From Polyangiales bacterium (lineage in GTDB: Bacteria; Myxococcota_A; Polyangia; Polyangiales; Polyangiaceae): 64,000 bases of DNA. Positions 9,311 to 19,402 of this stretch are shown here, piece after piece. Position numbers and translations under genes: made by a program. Each line of letters starts with the position of its first letter. The stretch's first letter is position 1. Below the pieces are notes generated by a model. It did no database searches, was not told the DNA's origin, and saw only the letters and a list, made by a program, of their open reading frames with translations. The stretch lies in the NCBI GenBank assembly GCA_038230375.1, contig JBBRNJ010000019.1, positions 50,845-114,844 on the forward strand, read 5' to 3'.

Positions 9311-10468
9311 ATGACCAACCCCGCGCAACCGAAGGATCCGTTCATCGGCCGTGACATCCTGAGCGGCCAGTTCCAGATCCTCCAAAAAATTGGATCGGGC
9401 GGAATGGGGTCCGTCTACAAGGCGCTGCAGCCCGCCATGAACCGCATGGTGGCGGTGAAGATCCTCCACCCCAAGCTCACGAGCCGCAAGGACCTCGCGT
9501 CGCGCTTCCGTCGCGAGGCGCGCGCGATGAGCCACCTCACGCACCCGAACACCGTGAAGGTGTTCCTCTACGGCGAGCTCGAGGACGGCTCGCTCTACAT
9601 CGTGATGGAGTTCCTCGAGGGGAAGAATCTCAACCAGGCCGTTCGCTCCGAGGGGCCCATGCCCGTCGAGCGCGCTATCCCGATCCTCGTGCAGGTGTGC
9701 AACGCGCTCGAAGAAGCGCACCGCGCGGGCATCATCCATCGCGACCTCAAGCCAGAGAACATCTTCCTGTGTCAGCAGGGCGGCATCAAGGACTTCGCCA
9801 AGGTGCTCGACTTCGGGCTCGCGAAGGTCACCGAGCGCGAGATGCGCCCCGGCTCCGTCATCCTCACGCAAGAGGGCATGGTCTTCGGAACGCCGGAGTT
9901 CATGAGCCCGGAGCAGGCGCAGGGAAAGACGCTCACGCCCGCAAGCGATCTCTACTCGCTCGCCGTCATCCTCTACGAGGCCCTCACCGGCAAGCTCCCG
10001 TTCATCGCGAAGAACGCGATGGAGTACATCCAGCTGCACGTCACTGCGAAGCCCACGCCCATCCAGGACAACGCGCCGCCGGGGCGAACGTTCCCGCCGC
10101 TCCTCTGGACAGTGTTGAAGCAGGCGCTCGCGAAGGAGCCCCAGGAGCGCTTCATGACCGGGACCGAGCTCGCGGCCGCGCTATCTGCCGTGCTGGCGGG
10201 CGCCACGGAGCTTCCAAAGATCGCGATGGTGCCGCAGGCCATGCCCTCGTCACCTGCGTCCGTGCCAGGTTCTGCGATGACGCAGGGCGGGCAGGCGGGG
10301 CAGATGATGCAGCCGCAGGGAGGACCACAAGGGCCCACCGGGATGGTCTCCGTGCGGCCGCAGAAGGCAAAGGGCATGTCCGTGGGCATGTTGGTCGGCG
10401 TTGCAGCCGTCTTCATGATCGTGGGCATCGTCGCCACATTGCTCGTCCTCAAGGCGACGGGCCGGTAG
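9311..10468 (+). CDS. Hanks-type Ser/Thr protein kinase with C-terminal TM helix
   Basis: GSGGMG, VAVK, HRDLKPEN, DFG and GTPEFMSPEQ motifs. Confidence 0.95.
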   Translation: MTNPAQPKDPFIGRDILSGQFQILQKIGSGGMGSVYKALQPAMNRMVAVKILHPKLTSRKDLASRFRREARAMSHLTHPNTVKVFLYGELEDGSLYIVMEFLEGKNLNQAVRSEGPMPVERAIPILVQVCNALEEAHRAGIIHRDLKPENIFLCQQGGIKDFAKVLDFGLAKVTEREMRPGSVILTQEGMVFGTPEFMSPEQAQGKTLTPASDLYSLAVILYEALTGKLPFIAKNAMEYIQLHVTAKPTPIQDNAPPGRTFPPLLWTVLKQALAKEPQERFMTGTELAAALSAVLAGATELPKIAMVPQAMPSSPASVPGSAMTQGGQAGQMMQPQGGPQGPTGMVSVRPQKAKGMSVGMLVGVAAVFMIVGIVATLLVLKATGR

Positions 10469-10597
10469 AGAAAGTTGCCAGCTCCACGGTGTGCGCGCAC
10501 GCACATCGTGAGGTGATGGACGGTCCGCGCGCACGGAACCGCATCGATTCACGCTGGAAAGATGCGGTGTGGCTGTCTCTATCGTAGCCTTTGTCCC

Positions 10598-12952
10598 ATG
10601 CTCGGGAAAACGCGTCGTTCGTGGCAGTGGTCCGTACTTGGTGTCGTGGTCCTTGGTGCTGGCCTTCTTGGCGCATGCGGGAGCGACAAGGGTTCGGACT
10701 TCCAGGACACCAGCAACGGGGATGGTGGCGGCGGTGGTGGTGGTGGCGGCGGTGAAGCAGGTCCAGGCCCGCTCGGCGGCGGTGGTGACTCCGGAACTGG
10801 CGTCAAGGTAGCGTTCGACGTCGCGCCGAGCGGCATCCAGACCATCACCGTGACAGCGGGTACCAACACGCCAACGGTGAAGTTCACGGCGACGGCAAAT
10901 GGCAACTCCGCGGCTGCCAAGTGGCAGCTCGATCGCGGTGACATCGGCACCATCAACGCAGGCCCTGCCAGCACCGGCACCTTCGTTCCGTCGGGCACCG
11001 TTGGCGGCACGGTGAACGTGACCGCGTCGTATGGCCAGGCGGTCGTGAAGCGTCAGATCGTCGTGAAGCTCACGTCGAAGCAGAGCGGCGCCACGGCGGG
11101 CGAGTCGTCACAGGTCGCGACCACCGTGGCCGAACTCACGGCAGGTGGCGGCATCGGTGGCGTCGGTGGCGAGGGTCTTGGTGGCGCAGTCGCCGATGCG
11201 CCCACGCTTGCAGCGCTCGACGCGCCCACGAGCGACGGCACAGCGCAGGGGCTCAAGCTGCTCTACCCGTACGACAGCACGGTGTGGCCGCGCGGCATCC
11301 TCGCGCCGCTCCTGCAGTGGGACTGGACCACGGGCGACGCAGACGCCATCAAGCTGGAGCTCGCATCCACCAGCGGCAGCTACTCGTGGACGGGCACGTT
11401 CGCTCGTCCCGCGATCCTTGCGATGACCGGCGGCAGCTTCATCCGGCATCCCATCCCGCAAGACGTCTGGGCCGCGGCCACAGCGTCGGCGGGCGGCACG
11501 GACAAGCTCACGCTGAAGATCACTGTCGCGAAGGGCGGCGTGGGCTACGGCCCGTTCAAGCAGACGTGGACCATCGCCACCGGCCGCCTCTCCGGCATCA
11601 TCTATTACAACTCGTACGGAACGAACCTCGCGAAGAACTTCGGCGGCGCCGTTGGCGGCGATCACAAGTTCGGCGGTGCCGTGCTCTCGATCCACGTCGG
11701 TGACACCGCGCCCAAGCTCGTGGCAGGAGACAACACCAACTGCCGCGTCTGTCATTCGGTTGCATCCGGTGGAGCACGCCTCGTCGTGCAACGCGGCGAC
11801 AACTACAGCACCACCTCCGACTACGACCTGGATTCGATGGGGGGTAGCACGGAGAAGCCGCTCACCACGAACGCGAACTTCGGCGGCATCTACCCGGACG
11901 GCTCCAAGTTCCTCTCGGAGACGGGCGGTCTGCGCGGGCTCCCCGACGACACGGTGGTGCTCCCCACCTCTGGCGTCCCCGCTGTCTCCACGAGCCTCGG
12001 CCCGCCCACATTCTCTCCGGACGGCAAGCTCGTCGCGTTCAACATGATCGCGGGACCCACTGCGAACCCCGGGCAGAAGCTCGGCGTCATGAACTTCAAC
12101 CCGGCCACGGGTGACTTCACGAACTTCCTCGCCGTGGTCGACGACACGGGCATGCCCGCCGAGACGCGTCCTGGTTGGCCGGCGTTCCTGCCGGACGGCA
12201 AGTCGCTCGTGTTCCACCACCAGAGCAGCGCGGGCAACGACGGCAACGGCAGCGCGGACCTCCACACGCGCTCCAAGGCGAAGGCGCAGATCCACTGGGC
12301 GTCGTCCACCGCCGCCGGCGTGACGAAGCTGGATGCACTGAACGGCATCGGCTCGGGCGGTACGTCGTACCTGCCCAAGCTCGCAGTGCCCTCGGCGGTC
12401 ACGTGCACCGCTGACGGGCCCGACGTCTCCATCGACAAGGACCACGGCGACGACACCAACGTGAACTACGAGCCCACCGTGAACCCCGTTGGCTCTGGCG
12501 GCTACGCGTGGGTCGTCTTCACCAGTCGTCGCATGTACGGCAACGTCGCGACGATCCCGCCGTACTGCAGCGACCCACGCGGCGTGGACCTCGTCACGAA
12601 CATCACGCCAAAGAAGCTCTGGGTCGCCGCGATCGACCTGAGCGCGACGCCCGGCGGCCCCGACGCGAGCCACCCTGGTTTCTACCTCCCCGCACAGGAG
12701 CTGCTCGCCGGCAACGCCCGCGCGTTCTGGGTGCTCGACCCGTGCCGCACTGACGGCTCGTCCTGCGAGAGCGGCGATCAGTGCTGCAACGGCTACTGCG
12801 AAGCAAACGGCGACGCCGGCGCGCTCATCTGCTCCAATACGATTCCGTCGTGTGCGAGCATCGGTGACAAGTGCAAGGTCGCGGCCGACTGCTGCGACTC
12901 CAGCGCGAAGTGCATCGGCGGCTTCTGCTCGCAGTCCGGCCCGCCGCACTGA
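10598..12952 (+). CDS. Large lipoprotein with TolB-like beta-propeller, CxxCH motif and Cys-rich C-terminus
   Basis: Lipobox LLGAC; PTFSPDGK and PAFLPDGK blades; CRVCH; two C-terminal CC-containing Cys modules. Confidence 0.85.
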   Translation: MLGKTRRSWQWSVLGVVVLGAGLLGACGSDKGSDFQDTSNGDGGGGGGGGGGEAGPGPLGGGGDSGTGVKVAFDVAPSGIQTITVTAGTNTPTVKFTATANGNSAAAKWQLDRGDIGTINAGPASTGTFVPSGTVGGTVNVTASYGQAVVKRQIVVKLTSKQSGATAGESSQVATTVAELTAGGGIGGVGGEGLGGAVADAPTLAALDAPTSDGTAQGLKLLYPYDSTVWPRGILAPLLQWDWTTGDADAIKLELASTSGSYSWTGTFARPAILAMTGGSFIRHPIPQDVWAAATASAGGTDKLTLKITVAKGGVGYGPFKQTWTIATGRLSGIIYYNSYGTNLAKNFGGAVGGDHKFGGAVLSIHVGDTAPKLVAGDNTNCRVCHSVASGGARLVVQRGDNYSTTSDYDLDSMGGSTEKPLTTNANFGGIYPDGSKFLSETGGLRGLPDDTVVLPTSGVPAVSTSLGPPTFSPDGKLVAFNMIAGPTANPGQKLGVMNFNPATGDFTNFLAVVDDTGMPAETRPGWPAFLPDGKSLVFHHQSSAGNDGNGSADLHTRSKAKAQIHWASSTAAGVTKLDALNGIGSGGTSYLPKLAVPSAVTCTADGPDVSIDKDHGDDTNVNYEPTVNPVGSGGYAWVVFTSRRMYGNVATIPPYCSDPRGVDLVTNITPKKLWVAAIDLSATPGGPDASHPGFYLPAQELLAGNARAFWVLDPCRTDGSSCESGDQCCNGYCEANGDAGALICSNTIPSCASIGDKCKVAADCCDSSAKCIGGFCSQSGPPH

Positions 12953-12991
12953 CCCACGCCACCGCCTTCGGATCCTGATAGCTTCGGCCCC

Positions 12992-13474
12992 ATGCAGCAA
13001 GGAATGCCTGGTGGTCCGGAGCCGAAGAAGGGGATGAGCACGCTGACGATCGTCCTGATCGTCATCGGTGTTCTCCTCGTGCTCGTGGGTGGAACCTGCG
13101 CAGTCGGGGTCGTCCTCATCGGGCGCGAGGCCAAGAAGATCAGCGACGACCTGGGCGAGGGCGGGCTCATGCTCGTCGCGCCGCCCGAGGTGAAGGCGGA
13201 TCTTGCGGGCTCGAAGAAGGACTACATCGGTCACTGGAAGAGCAAGAAGGGGAGCTCGATCACCATCGACGCCGAGGGCGACATGAAGATCGACAAGGAC
13301 GAGGACGGCGACGGCATGAAGGAGTCATTGCAGGGGCCCATCGTTCGCTTCTCCGGCAACGACATCGTGCAGAAGCCGCTCATCACCATCACCACCCATG
13401 TGAAGGAGGCGCCGCACAAGAACGGCGACCACTGGGAGATGATCGCGGACGACATCCACTTCTCGCGGCCCTGA
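12992..13474 (+). CDS. Single-TM hypothetical protein
   Basis: KKGMSTLTIVLIVIGVLLVLV anchor followed by a small beta domain; TAGCTT box 7 nt upstream. Confidence 0.8.
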   Translation: MQQGMPGGPEPKKGMSTLTIVLIVIGVLLVLVGGTCAVGVVLIGREAKKISDDLGEGGLMLVAPPEVKADLAGSKKDYIGHWKSKKGSSITIDAEGDMKIDKDEDGDGMKESLQGPIVRFSGNDIVQKPLITITTHVKEAPHKNGDHWEMIADDIHFSRP

Positions 13475-13502
13475 GCCTGCGCGTTGACGTTCGTTTGCGC
13501 CG

Positions 13503-15380
13503 CTACTCGTTACCGGGCATGCGCGCGGTGATGTCGAGAAGGACCTCGCCGTCCTGGTTGTTTGCGGACTTTCCGAGGTTCATCTTGAGAAGCCCGGGTC
13601 CCACGCACGCATCGAGCGGCGCCATTCGGTCGCTGCCGTCCGGACCGCCCAGGAATCGCAGCACCTTGCCGTCCTTGGCCACGAAGACCCGGAAGAGGAA
13701 GAACTCGTGGTTCGGCGGCGTGTACTGGAGCGCCACGTAACAGGGCCGGAGGAGACCGATCTGCGCGTTGATGTTCGAGAACGCGTCGGGAAAGTTCCCG
13801 TACGTTCCGCCGCTGCAGTGCGGGTTCACGCCAGACATATAGGGGCCATGCGCGGGGCCGGCGGGAGACGACGATGCTGCGGTCGGGAGGCCAGGTGGTC
13901 CGCCAGGGATCGCCGGCGCTGAGAGGCCTGCGTCGTGGCCGGCCGTGGGCTTTCCGTTGTGCGGCATGAGAGCACCGGGCCCCTGCGGTCCGCCGCCGGT
14001 GCTCGCGGTGGTTGCGGAGGTCGAGAGCCTCGGGTCTGCTGTCGTGAGCACCACGGATGCGGACGGCGAGAGGTCCGCGGTGGGTGCGGCCGCGCCTGCC
14101 CTGCCCAGAAGGAAGTACGCGGCCGCGCCACCACCGACCAGAATCACGAGGAGCAGCGTCGCAAGGATGCCGATGATCGCGCCAGCGCCAGCGCCCGTCT
14201 TCTGCTGCGGGACCACCACGGGTTGCTGTGTCTGAGCAGCGGACAACATCATCGGCGGGTTGCCGGACATCATCGGCGGGTTGCCGGACATCATCGGCGG
14301 GTTGCCGGACATCATCGGCGGACTGGCCGAGTTCATGGGCGTCATCGGCGGTGGTGTTGCGGAGACCAGTGGAGGTCCCAGCGGCATGGCGGGCGGTGGG
14401 GCGGAGATCGTCGCGTGTGCGTGCGGACCGTTGTTCCACGTGCTGGGCGCGGGAGGCGCGGAGTAGGCGGCAGCGGATTGCCCTGGCGGCGCGGATCCCA
14501 TTGACGCGGCCATGGGCGCATTCGTCGCGATGGCCTCGAGCGCCACGCGCATCTCTGCCGCGCTCTGGAAGCGCGCGCGTGGATCCTTCTGCATCGCTCG
14601 CTCGACGACGGCCGCGATGCGTGGATCGGTCCCGGGTGCAAGCTGCGAGATGGGCACCGGCGCTTGCTCCGCGATCGCAAAGAGCAGCGCGTTCAGGCTC
14701 GACGCGTCGAACGGGAGCTTGCCGGACAGCGCCACGTAGATCGTGGAGCCGAGCGAGAAGATATCCGCACGATGATCGAGCGGACCCCCACGCGCCTGTT
14801 CCGGCGCCATGTACGCAGGCGAGCCGAGCATCGTGTTGTCGCCCGTGAGCTGTGCGTCCGTGGGCCGCGTGAGCTTTGCAATGCCGAAGTCCAGGACCTT
14901 GGCAGTCTCGCCCAGGCCAGGCACATCCACGAGGAAGATGTTGTCGGGCTTGATGTCGCGATGCACGATCCCCGCGGCGTGCGCCGCCTCCAGCGCGCTG
15001 GCGACTTGTCGCGCGATGCGAGCGATGCGCGCGCTGTCGATCTTGCCGGCCGCGCGGATGGCCTCCGCGAGCGGGCGCCCCTCCAGCTGCTCCATGACCA
15101 GGAACGGGGGCTCGTTCTGCGGCCACAGGAAATCGATCACCTGCACGATGTTCGGATGACCAAGCGCCGCCGCCGACTGGGCCTCACGCTGGAAGCGCGC
15201 GACTGCATCGCGGTCCGCCGCAAGGTTGCCATGCAGGACCTTGATCGCGACCTTGCGCCCCAGCCCGTCCTGCACGGCCGAGTACACGCTGCCCATGGCC
15301 CCCGCTCCGAGGGGGCGCTCGATGCGATAGCGGCCGCCGAGCAACGCGCCCATGGTGAGGCTGGGTCGCGCGTCAGTCAC
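13503..15380 (-). CDS. Membrane Ser/Thr protein kinase with Pro/Met-rich linker and periplasmic domain
   Basis: GAGAMG, VAIK, HRDIKPDN, DFG and GSPAYMAPEQ motifs; TM segment IIGILATLLLVILV. Confidence 0.95.
   Translation of the reverse strand: MTDARPSLTMGALLGGRYRIERPLGAGAMGSVYSAVQDGLGRKVAIKVLHGNLAADRDAVARFQREAQSAAALGHPNIVQVIDFLWPQNEPPFLVMEQLEGRPLAEAIRAAGKIDSARIARIARQVASALEAAHAAGIVHRDIKPDNIFLVDVPGLGETAKVLDFGIAKLTRPTDAQLTGDNTMLGSPAYMAPEQARGGPLDHRADIFSLGSTIYVALSGKLPFDASSLNALLFAIAEQAPVPISQLAPGTDPRIAAVVERAMQKDPRARFQSAAEMRVALEAIATNAPMAASMGSAPPGQSAAAYSAPPAPSTWNNGPHAHATISAPPPAMPLGPPLVSATPPPMTPMNSASPPMMSGNPPMMSGNPPMMSGNPPMMLSAAQTQQPVVVPQQKTGAGAGAIIGILATLLLVILVGGGAAAYFLLGRAGAAAPTADLSPSASVVLTTADPRLSTSATTASTGGGPQGPGALMPHNGKPTAGHDAGLSAPAIPGGPPGLPTAASSSPAGPAHGPYMSGVNPHCSGGTYGNFPDAFSNINAQIGLLRPCYVALQYTPPNHEFFLFRVFVAKDGKVLRFLGGPDGSDRMAPLDACVGPGLLKMNLGKSANNQDGEVLLDITARMPGNE
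14247..14321. repeat. 21-bp coding tandem repeat (3 perfect copies plus a partial), encodes PPMMSGN
   Basis: catcatcggcgggttgccgga x3. Confidence 0.95.
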
Positions 15381-15464
15381 GGATGTGCCTGGGGTTTTGC
15401 ACTACAGGCGAGTATACGTCTTTTGGCGCGAACCCGCGCATGCGGCTAACAAGTACCCGGTCGG

Positions 15465-17945
15465 ATGAAGAAGCCAAGCGAAGGCGTTGATCCTCCCGTG
15501 GAAGTGGCGAAAGACGTCGCCGTCACGGGCAACGCAGAAAAGAAGGCGGCAAAAACGCCCGCGAAGCCGAAGCCGAAGCGGACCTTCGGGAAGACGGTCG
15601 TGCGCTGGCTCACGCGCCTTTCCATCGTCGCGCTGGTGCTGGCGGTGGCCGGCGTTATCGCGTTCCTCCTGGTCGTGCGTCACTACGAGGCCGATCTCCC
15701 CAGCGTGACGGACCTGCGAACCTATCATCCGCCCCAGGTCACGCGTGTGCTCGCGAAGGACGGCACGCTGCTCGCGGAGCTGTTCCACGAACGCCGCACC
15801 GTGGTGTCCGTGAAGGAGCTGCCGCCGCACGTGAAGCTGGCCGTGCTCGCCGCCGAGGACGCAGGCTTCTACGAGCACGAGGGCATCAACTATCTCGGCA
15901 TCGCGCGCGCGATGGTCGTCAATCTGCGCGCCGGCCGCACACGCCAGGGCGGCTCCACGATCACGCAGCAGGTCGTGAAGAACCTCCTGCTCGACTCCGA
16001 GCGAACGTACGCTCGCAAGATCCGTGAAGCGCTCCTCGCGCGGCGCCTGGAGGAAGAGCTCGGCAAGGATCAGATCCTGGAGCTCTACCTGAACCACATC
16101 TACCTGGGCCACGGGCGCTACGGCATCGAGGAGGCATCGCGCGATCTCTTCGGCAAGAGCGCGAAGGACATGACCATCGCCGAGGCCGCCATGCTCGGCG
16201 GGCTTCCCGCTGGGCCCGAGCTCTTCAACCCGCGTCACGATCCGCAGAAGGCGCTCACGCGTCGCTCGTTCGTCCTGGGACAGATGCTGAAGAAGGGCTT
16301 CCTGACGGAGGCGCAGTACATTGCCGCGAAGGACGAGCCGATACGCCTCGCGCCCATGGTGGAGGCCAAGCCGGAGCTCGCACCGGAGGCCGTGCGCATT
16401 GCGCAGAAGATGTTGCAGGAGCTGGAGCCAGAACGTGCCGCGCGCGGCGGCTTCACGATCACGACGACCATCGATCCGGAGCTGCAAGCGCAGGCGCGCA
16501 AGTCGGTGACGGACGCGCTGATGGCCTACGACAAGCGCCACAACCTGGTGGGGCCGTTGAAGCTGCCACCGCCCGAGAAGGCGAAGGACCCGAAGAAGAA
16601 GCCGGTGTCGCCAAAGGACGCCGTGTTCGACGGCACGCCCGCGTTCGAGTCCCACAAGGTCTACGTAGGCATCGTGACGGGCGCGGATGACGCCAGCGGG
16701 ATGCTCTTCGTGAACGTGGGCGCCACTCCCGGCGTGGTGAAACTTGCAGACTACACGCGTTACAATCCCCTGCACCTTGCGCCCGGTGTCTTCGCGCCGC
16801 CGGGTGTGCGCGTTCGCGTGAGCCTGCTCTCGGCGCCGCCTGCTGCGGGTGGTCCGGTGCCTCTGCGACTGGAGCTTGGCCCCGAGTCTGCGATGGTCGC
16901 GCTCGACGTTCGTACGCGCAACGTCCTTGCGCTGGTCGGCAACTACGAGGCCGTCGCCAACGGCCTGGACCGCGCGACGCAGTCGAAGCGCCAGCCCGGC
17001 TCCACGTTCAAGCCGATCGTCTATTCATATGCGCTGCATACGCACGAGTTCACGCCTGCCACGATGGTGGACGTCACGCCGCAGGTCTTCGGCAACGGAT
17101 ATCGCCCCGCCAACTACGAGGGCTGGAAGGGGAAGGACCCGCTGCGCCTGCGCGAGGCGCTCGCGAACTCCGTCAACATCGCCGCGGTGAAGGTGATCGA
17201 CTCGGTGGGGCCGAGCGGCGTCGTCGGCTGGGCGCATGCGCTCGGAATCTCTTCCACGCTCAAGCCGGATCTCAGCCTGGCGCTCGGCTCGTACGAGGTG
17301 TTGCCCATCGAGCTCGTCGATGCGTACGCGACGTTCGCGGCTGGCGGCACGTATGCGCCCACGGTGATCGTGACGCGCATCACGGGCCCCGACGGCAAGG
17401 ACGTGGAGCTCAAGGCGCAGGTCCCGGAGCGTCGCGTACTGGAGGAGACGGAGGCGTATCTCATCACCAACATGATGACGAGCGTGGTGGACCACGGCAC
17501 TGCGGTCCGCGCGAAGGAGCTGAAGCGCCCCGTCGCCGGCAAGACGGGCACGAGCAACGACGCCAAGGACACGTGGTTCTGCGGCTTCTCCACCGACATC
17601 GCTGCGGTGGTGTGGGTGGGCTACGACGATGCGAAGCCGCTCGGCTCTGCGGAGACCGGCGGCATGACGGCGCTGCCTGCGTGGGTGTCGTTCATGAAGG
17701 CGGCGCATCAAGGAAAGGCGGCCAACGAGTTTCCGCGGCCCGCGGGCATCGTGGAGAAGAGCATCGATACGCACACTGGCAAGCTCGCCTATCCTGACGA
17801 TCCCGACGTCATGAACGAGGTCTTTCTACCGGGCACGGAGCCCACCGACACGAGCCCCGTCCTCACGCCAGACGGTGGCGGCGCCGATCCAGCCATCGCG
17901 GGAGACGGCGGCGCGCCCGCGCCTCTTGAGGATGACCCTCAATGA
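15465..17945 (+). CDS. Class A penicillin-binding protein (PBP1A family)
   Basis: Transglycosylase EDAGFYEH, GGSTITQQ and RKIRE; transpeptidase STFK, SVN and KTG. Confidence 0.95.
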   Translation: MKKPSEGVDPPVEVAKDVAVTGNAEKKAAKTPAKPKPKRTFGKTVVRWLTRLSIVALVLAVAGVIAFLLVVRHYEADLPSVTDLRTYHPPQVTRVLAKDGTLLAELFHERRTVVSVKELPPHVKLAVLAAEDAGFYEHEGINYLGIARAMVVNLRAGRTRQGGSTITQQVVKNLLLDSERTYARKIREALLARRLEEELGKDQILELYLNHIYLGHGRYGIEEASRDLFGKSAKDMTIAEAAMLGGLPAGPELFNPRHDPQKALTRRSFVLGQMLKKGFLTEAQYIAAKDEPIRLAPMVEAKPELAPEAVRIAQKMLQELEPERAARGGFTITTTIDPELQAQARKSVTDALMAYDKRHNLVGPLKLPPPEKAKDPKKKPVSPKDAVFDGTPAFESHKVYVGIVTGADDASGMLFVNVGATPGVVKLADYTRYNPLHLAPGVFAPPGVRVRVSLLSAPPAAGGPVPLRLELGPESAMVALDVRTRNVLALVGNYEAVANGLDRATQSKRQPGSTFKPIVYSYALHTHEFTPATMVDVTPQVFGNGYRPANYEGWKGKDPLRLREALANSVNIAAVKVIDSVGPSGVVGWAHALGISSTLKPDLSLALGSYEVLPIELVDAYATFAAGGTYAPTVIVTRITGPDGKDVELKAQVPERRVLEETEAYLITNMMTSVVDHGTAVRAKELKRPVAGKTGTSNDAKDTWFCGFSTDIAAVVWVGYDDAKPLGSAETGGMTALPAWVSFMKAAHQGKAANEFPRPAGIVEKSIDTHTGKLAYPDDPDVMNEVFLPGTEPTDTSPVLTPDGGGADPAIAGDGGAPAPLEDDPQ

Positions 17946-19402
17946 CGCGCTCGACGGGGACGGCCACCGCGCGCGCGCGTCGTGCACTGCGACTGCTGTC
18001 GCCATTCGTTCCGCTCTCGTTGTTCGTGCTCGGTGCGAATGCTGCACCCACACGCGGGACGGCGCCCGCGCCCGCCGGCGCACCGAGCAGTAGCAGCGCG
18101 CGTGCTCCCTCGCCTTCGGCAGGCACGTCCTCGCAGCCGAAGAACGGCCCCGAAGCGCCGCGCGCCAAGGAGAGCTCGATCGAGCGTGTCGCGACCGAGA
18201 TCGCCCAGAGCTTCCCCTCCGCGCCGCAGGCGCTGCTGGTCGCAGGTCCCGCGCTCCGCAGTGACGAGCCGCTGAGCCGGGCCGACGAGCTCCTCTTCCG
18301 CGCGCTGTCCGTCGTCTCCGGCAAGCTCCCCGCGGCGCGCGCGCATCGTGAGCCCGTCACGCTCGCGCAGGCGCGTGCGCTTGCCGGTCGTAGCGGCGGA
18401 CTCTTGTTCGTCGACGTGTCGATCGACAAGGGGAAGCTGCGCGTCGTGACGGACCTGTATCCGCCGGTCGACAACGCGTGGGAACGCTGGAAAAACCCGC
18501 TCCCGGAGCCCACGGGCCACCGCTTCGTGGAGGTCCCGATCGACGCGGAGATCCGCTCTTTCCTGCCGCCGATCATGCTGGAGCGCGCAACGGTTCATCG
18601 CTCGCGCATCGAGGACGACATCAACGCCATCGGCTGCGGCGACTTCGACGGCGACGGCGGGCTCGACCTGGTGCTGCTGTCCGAGAAGCGGGCGATCGTC
18701 GGGCACGCGCAGGGCAAGAAGCTGATCGTCGATCGCAGCGTGCCATTCTCGCGCAGTCTCTCACGTGCTGCCGTGCCCTTCAGGGAGCCGCTCGCATCCG
18801 TGGTGATCGAGCAGCGCGGGGCCGCGCGGCTCTGGGTCGGGACCACGGACTACGGCGGCGTGCTGCTCGACGACGCGCTGGAGAAGGCCCACGCCACCAC
18901 GCGCATCCCGATCGCTACCTCGCGCGGCGTGATGTGCGCCACCCCCAATGCCGAGGCCGCCGCGTTCGACGGCCCGCTCGTACCATGTCGTGACGGTGGT
19001 GAGCAGTCGGAGCTCGCCGCACCGCTTGCCCGCTTCGACGCGTACGCGTTCGCGGCGCTCGTGGGTAAGTCGGGCGCGAGCAACGGGCTCGTGGTCGCCG
19101 CGCGCGAGCCCGGCGGCAAGCTGCGCCTCACCAAGGGCGATGTGGCCGTCACGGTGGAGGGCGTGGGCGCAGAGCTCGCGCTCGGAGATCTGGATCAGGA
19201 CGGCATCGCGGAGCTCATCACGTCTTCCGAGGGCAACGACGACGCGCTGCACGTGCAGTCATGGGACGGAGGCGCATTCCGCACGCGTCTACGCATTCCC
19301 GCAGCGGCCGGCGTTCGCGCGGTCACGGTGTGCCCACCAGAGGCGCACGGCGCGCCGTTCATCGCCGCGGTCGTCGGGAGCGAGGTGTGGCTTGTCCGAT
19401 GA
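17942..19402 (+). CDS. Exported protein with FG-GAP/VCBS-like repeats
   Basis: GDFDGDGGLDLV and GDLDQDGIAELI; signal peptide; ATGA overlap with the PBP stop. Confidence 0.8.
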   Translation: MTRSTGTATARARRALRLLSPFVPLSLFVLGANAAPTRGTAPAPAGAPSSSSARAPSPSAGTSSQPKNGPEAPRAKESSIERVATEIAQSFPSAPQALLVAGPALRSDEPLSRADELLFRALSVVSGKLPAARAHREPVTLAQARALAGRSGGLLFVDVSIDKGKLRVVTDLYPPVDNAWERWKNPLPEPTGHRFVEVPIDAEIRSFLPPIMLERATVHRSRIEDDINAIGCGDFDGDGGLDLVLLSEKRAIVGHAQGKKLIVDRSVPFSRSLSRAAVPFREPLASVVIEQRGAARLWVGTTDYGGVLLDDALEKAHATTRIPIATSRGVMCATPNAEAAAFDGPLVPCRDGGEQSELAAPLARFDAYAFAALVGKSGASNGLVVAAREPGGKLRLTKGDVAVTVEGVGAELALGDLDQDGIAELITSSEGNDDALHVQSWDGGAFRTRLRIPAAAGVRAVTVCPPEAHGAPFIAAVVGSEVWLVR

